Positions 52,756 to 64,000 of a stretch of 64,000 nt of DNA are shown here, piece by piece. The notes beneath the pieces are model-generated. The model saw only the letters and a program-made list of their open reading frames with translations, searched no databases and was not told the origin of the DNA. The translations under genes and the position numbers were made by a program. The stretch comes from an uncultured Methylophilaceae bacterium (GTDB lineage Bacteria > Pseudomonadota > Gammaproteobacteria > Burkholderiales > Methylophilaceae). The DNA is taken from assembly GCA_964549145.1 (NCBI GenBank), contig CAZJUK010000001.1:2700-66699 (forward strand). The letters are read 5' to 3'. Numbering within the stretch: the first letter of the stretch is position 1; each line of letters opens with the position of its first letter.

Positions 52756-55374
52756 TTACTTAATGACGATGTTCACGAGTTTGTTGGGAACAACAATTAT
52801 TTTACGCACACTCGCGCCATCTACCAAGAATTTCATTACAGAAGGCTGCTTAAGCGCCATTTTTTCTATATCGTCTTTGCTGGTGCTTTGAGACACTTGT
52901 ATTTCACCACGTAATTTACCATTTACTTGAATAATAAGTTTAATTTCATCTTGTACCAATGCATCTTCTGATGCTTCTGGCCAAGTGGCGTTAAGCATGT
53001 CGTCACCATAGCCTAGCGTCCTCCATAGTTCATGCGTAATGTGAGGCGAAATAGGAGATAGCAAGCGTAGTAAAATAGAAAAGCCTTCATGCGCGACAGC
53101 TTGCCAATGTTCAGCGGCTTCTTTTGGTAATTTTTCTAAGGCATTTAACATTTTCATGGCGCCTGAAGCAACGGTATTAAATTGCTGCCGTTCTAAATCA
53201 TAGCTTGCCTGTTTAAGCTCCACGTGGATTTCGCGTCTTGTTGCAGCTAGCTTACTGCTTAGTTTTTTTGGTATTTGAACTATTGTTTCAGAACCAAGTA
53301 AATAGCCATAATTCCACACTCTTTTTAAAAAGCGATGCGAGCCCTCAACGCCGCTATCTGACCATTCCAAGGTTTGCTCTGGTGGGGCAGCAAACATCAT
53401 AAAGAAACGTGCTGTATCAGCACCGTATGCTTCTATTAAAGATTGTGGATCAACACCATTTCTTTTTGATTTAGACATGGTGCCCATGCCTTGGAAATCG
53501 ACAGCTTGCCCGTCTTTAATCGCTTTTGCACCAGTTAACTTTCCGTGATCATCATGGATTAATTCTACTTCTTCTGGTGCGAAATACTTAATGCCACCTT
53601 TACCCGTACGGCGTGAGAAAATATGATTTAACACCATACCTTGGGTTAATAACTTAGCAAAAGGTTCGTCATAGTTAACTAAGCCTAAATCACACATTAC
53701 TTTGCTCCAAAAACGTGAGTACAGCAAGTGCAAAATAGCATGTTCAATGCCACCGATATATTGATCTACTGACATCCAGTGATTGGTTTGTTCATCCACC
53801 ATAGCATCATCACTAAAATCACTAGCATATCTTGCATAATACCAACTAGAATCGACAAATGTGTCCATAGTGTCAGTTTCACGTTTGGATGGTTTACCAC
53901 ATTGTGGGCAATCACAATTGATAAAGCTTTCTAACTTATTTAATGGATTACCTGAACCATCAGGCACACAGTCTTCAGGTAGTTTAACTGGTAGTTGATC
54001 TTCAGGTACAGGTACATCACCGCAGTCACCACAGTAAATAATGGGGATAGGGCAGCCCCAGTAACGTTGCCGTGACACGCCCCAATCGCGTAAACGCCAG
54101 TTAATCTGTTTGTCACCTAAGTTTTTCGTTTGCAAATCTTTGGCAATAGCATCGGTCGCTTTTGCGTAGTTAAGGCCATCATATTTACCAGAATTAATGC
54201 ATTGGGCTTTAGATTTATCCCCATACCATTCTTGCCAAGACTCATCTGTAAAGTGGTTTTCAGTGACTGTAACCGCCTGTTTTATAGGTAGGTTGTATTT
54301 TTTGGCAAACCCAAAGTCTCGTTCATCATGTGCAGGCACGCCCATTACTGCACCTTCACCATAGCTCATGAGTACATAGTTGCCTACCCATAATGGTATG
54401 GCTTCACCAGACAGAGGGTGCGTCACAGTTAAGCCTGTATCTAAGCCCTGTTTTTCCATAGATGCCATATCAGCCTCAGCGACTGAGCTGGCTTTACATT
54501 GACTTATAAAGGCAGTGAGCTTGTTATTATTTTTTGCGGCTAGTATGGCAATTGGGTGTTCTGCGGCAACGGCGCAAAAAGTCACTCCCATAATGGTGTC
54601 AGCACGGGTAGTAAACACCCAGAGTTTGCCATCGTCAATTAGTTTTCCTTCGCTATCTTGAATAGTATGAGTAAACGCAAAACGTACACCTACGCTTTTA
54701 CCAATCCAATTAGCTTGCATGGTTTTCACACGCTCAGGCCAGCCAGGTAATTTGTCTAAATCATCTAGTAAACGTTGCGCATAATCAGTAATATTTAAGT
54801 AATAGCCTGGGATCTCGCGTTTTTCAATAGGTGCGCCGGTACGCCAGCCACGACCTTCAATGACTTGCTCATTAGCCAACACTGTTTGATCTACTGGGTC
54901 CCAGTTTACTACTTGAGTTTTTTTATAGGCAATACCCTTTTCTAGCATACGCAAGAATAACCATTGATTCCATTTGTAATATTCTGGCTGACATGTAGCG
55001 AGTTCCCGTGACCAATCGATGGCAAAACCAAGTGATTTAAGTTGCTTGCGCATATACGCAATATTATCGAATGTCCATTTTGCAGGCGGCAGGTTATTTT
55101 GTATAGCTGCATTTTCTGCAGGCAAGCCAAACGCATCCCAACCCATTGGTTGCAATACGTTAAAGCCTTTCATGTGGTTATAGCGGCTTAATACATCACC
55201 AATCGTATAATTACGTACATGGCCCATGTGTAGTTTGCCACTTGGGTAAGGGAACATTGAAAGGCAGTAATATTTAGGTTTGTTGCTATCCGCTTTAGCA
55301 GCAAAAGATTGGCTTTTATCCCAATAAGTTTGTATGTTTTTTTCTAATGTTTTAAATGGGTATTGCTGCTGCAT
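52756..55374 (-). CDS. leuS: leucine--tRNA ligase
   Basis: HIGH-type HMGHVRNY and KMSKS-type TMSKSKRNG motifs. 872 aa. Confidence 0.97.
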   Translation of the reverse strand: MQQQYPFKTLEKNIQTYWDKSQSFAAKADSNKPKYYCLSMFPYPSGKLHMGHVRNYTIGDVLSRYNHMKGFNVLQPMGWDAFGLPAENAAIQNNLPPAKWTFDNIAYMRKQLKSLGFAIDWSRELATCQPEYYKWNQWLFLRMLEKGIAYKKTQVVNWDPVDQTVLANEQVIEGRGWRTGAPIEKREIPGYYLNITDYAQRLLDDLDKLPGWPERVKTMQANWIGKSVGVRFAFTHTIQDSEGKLIDDGKLWVFTTRADTIMGVTFCAVAAEHPIAILAAKNNNKLTAFISQCKASSVAEADMASMEKQGLDTGLTVTHPLSGEAIPLWVGNYVLMSYGEGAVMGVPAHDERDFGFAKKYNLPIKQAVTVTENHFTDESWQEWYGDKSKAQCINSGKYDGLNYAKATDAIAKDLQTKNLGDKQINWRLRDWGVSRQRYWGCPIPIIYCGDCGDVPVPEDQLPVKLPEDCVPDGSGNPLNKLESFINCDCPQCGKPSKRETDTMDTFVDSSWYYARYASDFSDDAMVDEQTNHWMSVDQYIGGIEHAILHLLYSRFWSKVMCDLGLVNYDEPFAKLLTQGMVLNHIFSRRTGKGGIKYFAPEEVELIHDDHGKLTGAKAIKDGQAVDFQGMGTMSKSKRNGVDPQSLIEAYGADTARFFMMFAAPPEQTLEWSDSGVEGSHRFLKRVWNYGYLLGSETIVQIPKKLSSKLAATRREIHVELKQASYDLERQQFNTVASGAMKMLNALEKLPKEAAEHWQAVAHEGFSILLRLLSPISPHITHELWRTLGYGDDMLNATWPEASEDALVQDEIKLIIQVNGKLRGEIQVSQSTSKDDIEKMALKQPSVMKFLVDGASVRKIIVVPNKLVNIVIK

Positions 55375-55500
55375 GGCGATATTAAGCTGAAATTTAAAGC
55401 GTTATTATACTTCAAGGGGGTGCCTTTAGTATGGCTTATAGTTGAGCGTTTTGGTGCTTTTGTAAAACAGTTGAAAAACGGTGAGATAAAAAGAAGACAT

Positions 55501-56283
55501 CTAAATTCTTTCAACCAAATCACGATAAGCATGCCAACTGGCATGCCCAATAATTGGCATGGTGATCACTAGCCCGATAAAGTACGTTGTAAAACCAATA
55601 GCCACTAATGTAACGATACTTAAGGCCCAAATTAACATTGGTAAAGGGTTTCGAGAGACTGCTTTAAGACTCGCTAATGCAGCGGTGATTGCATCAGTAT
55701 TTCGGTCTGCCATTAATGGGAGGGCAATCACGCTAACAGCAAAAGTAAACCCTGCAAAAAGCCCACCGACAGCAAAATAAATGATCGTAAAAATAGGCTC
55801 TTTAAATGTGATGACATTGAGAACGATATCACTAAATGTCGGTAACGATCCTTGAAAAAAGAGCGCGAAAATTACCATGGAGGCACGTGCCCAGATTAGT
55901 AAGACCACGACCAACACGCCAGCAAATATTCCTACATTAGTCAGATTGCTTCGCCATGACGTTAGGCTAGGTGTAAGCGTTGGCTGCTCACCAAGTGCTA
56001 TGCGCCTACTGAGGTCATATAAGCCCATAGATAGGAAAGGGCCAAGTATGAGGAAGCCAGTTGTTAAGCCGGCCAGTAGCCAGCCTGCTTTTAAAATAAC
56101 GGTGTGTATTAGAATGCCCGCGAGAGCAAAAATGAGCCCGTAAAACAAGCTTGCAAGTCCGCTGAGGCGGGTGTCACGCAAGCCATCGCGGAGCCAACTT
56201 AGAATAGCGCGAGACTTGATTTTACGTATCACTGGAAAGGTGTGTATTCCACTTTCATCCATATTTAGATTCGTTTTAGTCAT
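55501..56283 (-). CDS. DUF2189-family integral membrane protein
   Basis: 260 aa with about 6 TM helices. N-terminal region ...SWLRDGLRDTR... and overall topology resemble DUF2189 (cytochrome oxidase-associated membrane proteins). Confidence 0.65.
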   Translation of the reverse strand: MTKTNLNMDESGIHTFPVIRKIKSRAILSWLRDGLRDTRLSGLASLFYGLIFALAGILIHTVILKAGWLLAGLTTGFLILGPFLSMGLYDLSRRIALGEQPTLTPSLTSWRSNLTNVGIFAGVLVVVLLIWARASMVIFALFFQGSLPTFSDIVLNVITFKEPIFTIIYFAVGGLFAGFTFAVSVIALPLMADRNTDAITAALASLKAVSRNPLPMLIWALSIVTLVAIGFTTYFIGLVITMPIIGHASWHAYRDLVERI

Positions 56284-56315
56284 ACACTTATCCTTTATCT
56301 TAAATGCGCTACATC

Positions 56316-57008
<693 letters not shown>

Positions 57009-57013
57009 TTATA

Positions 57014-57805
57014 TCAGCCATTCTGCTTACTGATAAAGTTTGAAATGCATACAAACTGTTCTACATTTAAATTTTCTGCTCGTAACTGCGAATTGAGCTC
57101 AAGTGTTTCAAATGCTTTGTCATCTAAATATGATTTGAGTGTATTTCTAATGGTTTTTCTACGTTGTGAAAAGGCTGCTAATACAACCTTACTAAATAGC
57201 TTGGTATCTTGTGCAATGAAAGGTGGTGTCGAGTGCGGATTGCAACGTACGAATGCTGATTCAACTTTAGGCGCCGGCTCAAATGCATCGGGTGGCACAG
57301 TGATTAAATATTCCATCAGTAAATGATATTGCAACATCACGCTGAGTCGCCCATATGCCGAGGTCGAAGGCACGGCAACCATGCGTTCCACTACTTCTTT
57401 TTGCAACATAAAGTGCATGTCTCTAATTTGAGGTAAGTTGTCCAGCAAGTGGAACAAAATAGGTGTTGATATGTTGTAAGGTAAATTACCTGTGACACGA
57501 AGTTGTTCACCAAGTGTGGAAAAATCGAATTTAAGCGCATCTATATTATGAATAGTTAAGGTTTTTTCAGCATATACAGGTTTGGCATACTCGTCCTTCA
57601 TCCAAGTAATAATATCCCGGTCAATTTCAATCACATGTAACTTATTGATTTGGGCCAACAATGGTTTGGTAAGTGCGCCTAAGCCAGGCCCAACTTCAAT
57701 AATAGTTTCATTGGCCTGCGGGTTAATTGCTTGCACTAAACTGCGAATAATAGACTGGTCAGTAAGAAAGTTCTGTCCAAATCTTTTTTTTGCGATATGT
57801 TTCAT
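57014..57805 (-). CDS. rsmA: 16S rRNA (adenine1518/1519-N6)-dimethyltransferase
   Basis: KKRFGQNFL N-terminus, SAM motif IEVGPGLGALT and NLPYNIST motif. Confidence 0.96.
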   Translation of the reverse strand: MKHIAKKRFGQNFLTDQSIIRSLVQAINPQANETIIEVGPGLGALTKPLLAQINKLHVIEIDRDIITWMKDEYAKPVYAEKTLTIHNIDALKFDFSTLGEQLRVTGNLPYNISTPILFHLLDNLPQIRDMHFMLQKEVVERMVAVPSTSAYGRLSVMLQYHLLMEYLITVPPDAFEPAPKVESAFVRCNPHSTPPFIAQDTKLFSKVVLAAFSQRRKTIRNTLKSYLDDKAFETLELNSQLRAENLNVEQFVCISNFISKQNG

Positions 57806-58803
57806 ATTGTTGTAGTTGATTGTCGAGCAGCTAAATCAATGGCTAAATTAATAGCAGCCTGCATACTGCCGATTTCAATTTGACCTGATCCTGCTAAATC
57901 TAAGGCCGTGCCGTGATCAACCGATGTGCGAATAATCGGCAAGCCTAATGTGATATTAACGCCAGCTCCGAAACTAGCATATTTAAGCACAGGTAAGCCT
58001 TGGTCATGATACATAGCAAGTGCGCAATCAGCTTGTTCAAGATGGCGTTTAGTAAACAAAGTGTCAGCTGGTAAAGCACCCACTAAACGCATGCCCTCTC
58101 TGCGTAATTTTTCTAATACTGGATTAATAATATCAATTTCTTCACTGCCTAAGTAACCATCTTCACCTGCATGAGGATTTAAACCTGCTACCAGTATTTT
58201 GGGATTATTAATGCCAAACTTTATCTTTAAATCAGCACATAAAATACGAAGCGTATTTTCCAGTGTGGTTACATTAATAGCAGCAGAGACTTCAGCTAAT
58301 GGTAAATGTGTTGTGGCCAACGCAACGCGTAAGCCGCCACCAACCAACATCATGACGACTTGCGCTGTATTAGTGTAATCAGCCAAAAATTCCGTGTGAC
58401 CTGTAAAATTAATATTGGCGTCATTAATCACACCTTTGTGGACAGGAGCGGTGGCTACTGCATCAAACTCACCGGTTAAGCAACCATCTACAGCACGTGA
58501 CAGAGTGTTGAGTACATAATGAGCATTTTTTTGATTAAGCTTGCCAGCTATAGCAGTTTGTTGGCATGGTATATGTAATACAGAAAATGGTTTATTCTGA
58601 TTTGGTACATAGGCTGGCAAATCAGCATCTAAGTTTAGTAATTTTGCGCGAGAGGACAGCATCGCAGCATCGCCAATAATAACGATATTGGCATCAATTC
58701 CATGTTCATTTTTAGCGTGTTGTACATTCATTAAGCATAAGTCAGGGCCAATCCCTGCCGGTTCGCCAGAGGTGATTGCAATGCAAGGTTTAGTGCGATT
58801 CAA
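57802..58803 (-). CDS. pdxA: 4-hydroxythreonine-4-phosphate dehydrogenase
   Basis: ITSGEPAGIGPD N-terminus, GLNPHAGE and DHGTA motifs. Has the surA-pdxA-rsmA synteny. Confidence 0.95.
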   Translation of the reverse strand: MNRTKPCIAITSGEPAGIGPDLCLMNVQHAKNEHGIDANIVIIGDAAMLSSRAKLLNLDADLPAYVPNQNKPFSVLHIPCQQTAIAGKLNQKNAHYVLNTLSRAVDGCLTGEFDAVATAPVHKGVINDANINFTGHTEFLADYTNTAQVVMMLVGGGLRVALATTHLPLAEVSAAINVTTLENTLRILCADLKIKFGINNPKILVAGLNPHAGEDGYLGSEEIDIINPVLEKLRREGMRLVGALPADTLFTKRHLEQADCALAMYHDQGLPVLKYASFGAGVNITLGLPIIRTSVDHGTALDLAGSGQIEIGSMQAAINLAIDLAARQSTTTI

Positions 58804-58873
58804 TGTGGATTTAATATTTTCAATTGGGTTATGTATTAAGTACTATCAATGTGGAAATTGACTTTAAAAAGAC

Positions 58874-60205
58874 TTAATAGTCATCTTCAAGCCTTAACTC
58901 TACAAAAGCGCGGTCACGTAGTTCGCCTATCCAGTCTTGGTAAGCTTCTTCAGCCTTGCGATTGCGAATTTCTTTACGTGCTTTGAAACGAGCAGCTTCC
59001 TCTGTCATATCCTTTTCTCGACGCTCTAGTACTTGAATAATATGCCAGCCGAAAGGGGTTGTAACTGGCGCACTAAATTCACCGATAGGCAAGTCGTTCA
59101 TGACTGATTCGAACTGGGGCACAGTGTCGCCAGGGTTAACCCAACCTAAATCACCACCGCTATTTGCCGAGCCGTCTTCTGAATACTGTTGTGCCATTTC
59201 CTCAAATTTTGCACCGTTGTCCAGGCGTTCTTTAATGACATCCATTTTTTGCTTGGCTTCTTTTTCAGAAATGCCTTCATTGAGCTTAATTAAGATATGG
59301 CGGACTTTGGTTTGTTCGACCATCAGCGGTGAGTTGCCACTGCGCACATTGGTTAGTTTAAGAATATGAAAACCATTTGGGCTGCGAATTGGTTTAGCCA
59401 CTTCGCCAACACTCATTGATTGTAGTTGTTCTGAAAATACAGTTGGCAACTGACTACCTTTTCTCCAGCCCATGCCGCCTCCTTCTAATGCATTTGGTGT
59501 GTCAGAGAAAATGCCTGAAACTTGCTCAAACGTTTGGCCATTTTCTAATTCTTTATACAAATTTTCTATTTTGACACGTGCTTCGTCGATGTCTTCTGGT
59601 GTTGTGTCTTCGGGTAGGCGAATTAGAATGTGAGATATCTCGAATTCTTCTTGTTTATCATCTACGTTAGCTTGAGTGGTGAGGTAATTATCAATCTCAC
59701 CATCACTGACTTCCACACGATTAATTACTTCTCTTTCTTTCAGCCTAGAAATGGTAATTTCATCTCGTAAGTCTTCTCGGAACTTAAAATAAGGAATGCC
59801 ATCATTAGCTAAGGCTTCTTTAAACTCTTCCATACTCATTTTGTTTTGCTCAGCAAGGCGTTCTACGGTTTTATTTAGACGTGTGTCATCTACTTTAATG
59901 CCCGTTTGTGCCGCCATTTGTAGTTGCAAGCTATCAACGATGAGACGTTCTAAAATTTGTTTTTGCATCACAGCTTGTGATGGCAATGTCTTGCCTTTTT
60001 TTTCTATTTGAGCTGAAACTGTATTAATTCTATTTAATAACTCTTGCTCGGTAATTATATTTTTATCAACCACTGCTATAATCCGATCTATTTTAACAAT
60101 ATCATCGGCTGCAATCGCTAGTGTATTAAATGTTAAATTTGACAAGCACAAGCTTGCAATGAGTAATGATTTAAAAATAGCCATTGATAGTTTAAAAGGT
60201 TTCAT
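58874..60205 (-). CDS. surA: periplasmic chaperone / peptidyl-prolyl isomerase SurA
   Basis: Signal peptide, an N-terminal chaperone domain and two parvulin domains (..GGGMGW.. and ..GGDLGW..GWHIIQV). Confidence 0.94.
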   Translation of the reverse strand: MKPFKLSMAIFKSLLIASLCLSNLTFNTLAIAADDIVKIDRIIAVVDKNIITEQELLNRINTVSAQIEKKGKTLPSQAVMQKQILERLIVDSLQLQMAAQTGIKVDDTRLNKTVERLAEQNKMSMEEFKEALANDGIPYFKFREDLRDEITISRLKEREVINRVEVSDGEIDNYLTTQANVDDKQEEFEISHILIRLPEDTTPEDIDEARVKIENLYKELENGQTFEQVSGIFSDTPNALEGGGMGWRKGSQLPTVFSEQLQSMSVGEVAKPIRSPNGFHILKLTNVRSGNSPLMVEQTKVRHILIKLNEGISEKEAKQKMDVIKERLDNGAKFEEMAQQYSEDGSANSGGDLGWVNPGDTVPQFESVMNDLPIGEFSAPVTTPFGWHIIQVLERREKDMTEEAARFKARKEIRNRKAEEAYQDWIGELRDRAFVELRLEDDY

Positions 60206-62622
60206 TGATTGTAATTCTGTTGCCTATAAATGTTTGGGATCTCACTTGTGCTTAGATACCCAGGAATGTCACGTCTTAATAAATTGAGTGGGTTTGAGCC
60301 AATAGAGGCTAAGCCACCTAATTCTAGTTGAATAAAAAAGCCATAGTTAGCATCTGCCGTTGCAGTTTCTACACGTTGGAAAACGCTGCGCATTTGCCAA
60401 CACCCTGCATCATACTCAAGCCCAGCTAAACTCTCAATAAGTATGTTATCACGCGTTGAATAATTAAAACGACCAACACCGTACCAACCCCTACCTAGCG
60501 GCCACTGTCCAGAGAGGTTCACCTGCTCAATGCTATCCCTAGTAAAGCGATAACCTGCATTGATTAGTTTGCCTGGTTCTGGATTATATCGCGCGAGTAA
60601 ATTGGCACGAATAGCATCTGAATCAGTAGTATTATATTGCCAAAAACCATCTAAATTCCATTGGTTAGATAATCTGGCCGTGATGCCAGCAATAATGTCT
60701 GAGGAATTGTCTTCAGATGCTATTCCATCAGGTAATACAATATCTTGGTCATCAAAATAATAACGCTGGCCAATGGTAGCCGAAAAACGTTCAACACCTG
60801 TTTCGTTGTCAACCATTCTTGAAGTTACTGCTAAGCTGACCTGGTTGGCATTATTGACTCTGTCATTACCGGTGAACTGGTTTTCAGTAAATAAAGTAGT
60901 CATGTTCAAATCGGCAACTCCAGTATCAAAAACAGGTAGTAAGTCCTGTTCTTTACTTGGTATATAAACGTAGAATAGCCGAGGTTCTAAAGTTTGTGTA
61001 TATTTGTTTTTTACAACATTTACGTCTCGCTCAAAATATAACCCGCTATCTACACTGAAAATAGGTAATGTGCGATTGGCTGAATTGTTGCTGATGGCAT
61101 TGCCGTTTACGATATAGTTATTATCGTTCAAACTGTAATTGGTGTGGTGCACACCAAATTTTGGCGTCACAAAACCATAAGACTGGCTAAAGGTTTTGCT
61201 GATACTTGGATATAAAGTAAGGCGACTACCTGTTGCGCCCTCAGGTGCGTCATCTGCTAATTCAAAATACGACCATTGGCTATATAAATTTGTCGTTACA
61301 ATATCTAAGTCTTTATTGCCAGTTAATGTTAGCTGAGGTAAGCGCTGGTAAGGGAAATTGATTTCATCTAGAGTTTGGTATTGTTGTAATAAACCATTGA
61401 ACCGCCAAACGTCACTCGTGTAATCGACACGAGCTTGCTGCGGCAAGTTAACCCGACTGGTACTAATGATTTGAGTGGACATATCAGAAAAGTACTGATC
61501 GTCTGAGACTTTTTCATAGTTATAACCAGCCGACCAGCCACTACCTAAGTTCTGGCTATGACTGAAGTTAGCATAATAACGTCGTTCATCATTCTGACTA
61601 TCGTTATTTAAATATTCGATGCTATTAATGCCGGAGTATGTTTCATCAAGGTATCTAAATTCACCTTGTAATTGCGCCCCCCGTTTACTTAAGTAGCGTA
61701 CGCCCACAGTTGCATCCATATGAGGGGAAATATTGATGTAGTAAGGAATGGCCGTTTCAAACCCACTTCGGCTAGTGGATCCAATAGTGGGTGCCAATAA
61801 ACCAGATTTACGTTCATTATTAAATGAAAAGCTCATCCAAGGTGTATATAAAAAAGGAATGCCTTTAAATTCTACATAGGCATTTTTAGCTTTAGCAGAC
61901 TGTGTGTAATTGTCTAGCTCTATTTCACTCGCTTTAATATACCAATCATCAACGTCTACTTCACAGGTTGTGTAACGTGCTTTTATCAAGCGCTTTGTAT
62001 CTTCGCCTTCAAATAATACTGTTTTAGCATCAGCACGGGAGGAGCTGGGACTAGCATCAGGGATGTTTTGCCCAATCGATTTCGGAGCTTCGCGATAATT
62101 GTCTTGATAAAGCTTGGGGTCATCTGTCAACACGGTTTGAGTGTTCAGTAATTTGGACTGCGTATAAACCTTTGGGTCATTGTAAGGTTTAACATCATCG
62201 CTTCTTGGTTTTTGATTTAGCTTAACACTCGCATTTTTAATTTCCCCAACGTTTTCTGTTAAACGCATTTTTAGAGAAGGGCCAGTGAGCTCAAGCCCAC
62301 CTAAGTCAATTCGTGCATTACCTGTTACTTTTAATTCGTCATTGAGCACGTCATATTCAATGGTATCACCATATACTTTTTTATCGTCTTTACTAATTAC
62401 TACGTTACCAGTTGCGCGCAATTTTCTATCAAGATATAAATCAAGTTTTTCGCCTTCAATTTCAATTGCGCCTGGTTTTGCTTTAGGTTTGATTGTTTCA
62501 GGCACTTGCCCTAGTTCTAGGGACATTCTTTCCGCAGACACGTTAGTGCTTAAGCATAACAATACAATTTGTATGCAAGTTGCAATAACTATCTTTTCGA
62601 TCGGTTTTTTTGCTAAATTCAA
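60202..62622 (-). CDS. lptD: LPS-assembly outer-membrane protein LptD
   Basis: 806 aa with a signal peptide. N-terminal OstA jellyroll (ATGNVVISKDDKKVYGDTIEYD...) and a large beta-barrel. Upstream of surA. Confidence 0.94.
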   Translation of the reverse strand: MNLAKKPIEKIVIATCIQIVLLCLSTNVSAERMSLELGQVPETIKPKAKPGAIEIEGEKLDLYLDRKLRATGNVVISKDDKKVYGDTIEYDVLNDELKVTGNARIDLGGLELTGPSLKMRLTENVGEIKNASVKLNQKPRSDDVKPYNDPKVYTQSKLLNTQTVLTDDPKLYQDNYREAPKSIGQNIPDASPSSSRADAKTVLFEGEDTKRLIKARYTTCEVDVDDWYIKASEIELDNYTQSAKAKNAYVEFKGIPFLYTPWMSFSFNNERKSGLLAPTIGSTSRSGFETAIPYYINISPHMDATVGVRYLSKRGAQLQGEFRYLDETYSGINSIEYLNNDSQNDERRYYANFSHSQNLGSGWSAGYNYEKVSDDQYFSDMSTQIISTSRVNLPQQARVDYTSDVWRFNGLLQQYQTLDEINFPYQRLPQLTLTGNKDLDIVTTNLYSQWSYFELADDAPEGATGSRLTLYPSISKTFSQSYGFVTPKFGVHHTNYSLNDNNYIVNGNAISNNSANRTLPIFSVDSGLYFERDVNVVKNKYTQTLEPRLFYVYIPSKEQDLLPVFDTGVADLNMTTLFTENQFTGNDRVNNANQVSLAVTSRMVDNETGVERFSATIGQRYYFDDQDIVLPDGIASEDNSSDIIAGITARLSNQWNLDGFWQYNTTDSDAIRANLLARYNPEPGKLINAGYRFTRDSIEQVNLSGQWPLGRGWYGVGRFNYSTRDNILIESLAGLEYDAGCWQMRSVFQRVETATADANYGFFIQLELGGLASIGSNPLNLLRRDIPGYLSTSEIPNIYRQQNYNQ

Positions 62623-62773
62623 ATCATGGTTTCTAATGCTAAGTACTAAAAATACAAGGATTTACCCAACAATGATAAAATCGCATAAAAGTGGTTTTTA
62701 ATCAATGAAAAGTTAGCTTTTTGGTTGAGTGTTAGCAACATTAAAATGAATTAAAAAATTTAAAAGAGATTTT

Positions 62774-64000
<1,227 letters not shown>

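Overview
Gene-dense, visibly AT-rich chromosomal segment with about 66 protein-coding genes. Its gene order is the conserved Beta/Gammaproteobacterial core layout: ppiA/TPR/cysS; argJ-DUF815-mutT; yacG-zapD-coaE-pilD; ispB | rplU-rpmA-obgE-proB; purEK; rpsT | murJ-ribF-ileS-lspA; clpB; envC-gpmI | rhodanese-grxC-secB-gpsA; trmL-(comF) | bioBFHCD; leuS-lptE-holA-proA-nadD; lptD-surA-pdxA-rsmA-adk | amgK-murU. I found no rRNA, tRNA, CRISPR array, transposase, integrase, phage gene or recognisable defence system, so most of the window is ordinary housekeeping DNA. The only clearly accessory block is about 25-31.8 kb. It holds a same-strand DUF2946(CxxC) - small XRE/YozG-type HTH - TonB-dependent receptor - secreted Asp-box (BNR) propeller cluster. 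This is my best candidate for an under-described system, probably copper or other metal acquisition, with a non-canonical regulator and periplasmic partner. Other points worth a second look: (1) ribosomal protein S20 is fused to a Lys/Ala/Pro-rich linker plus a helix-hairpin-helix-like C-terminal domain, and L21 carries a similar histone-H1-like tail; (2) a membrane GGDEF protein has a degenerate active site (DGQEF) but an intact RxxD I-site; (3) there are two clearly decayed genes, comF and a DEDDh exonuclease, and possibly a third, a split DUF4157 zincin ORF; (4) pilD is present without pilB/pilC. All functional calls come from my own reading of the translated ORFs (motifs, domain order, synteny). 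No database search was run.
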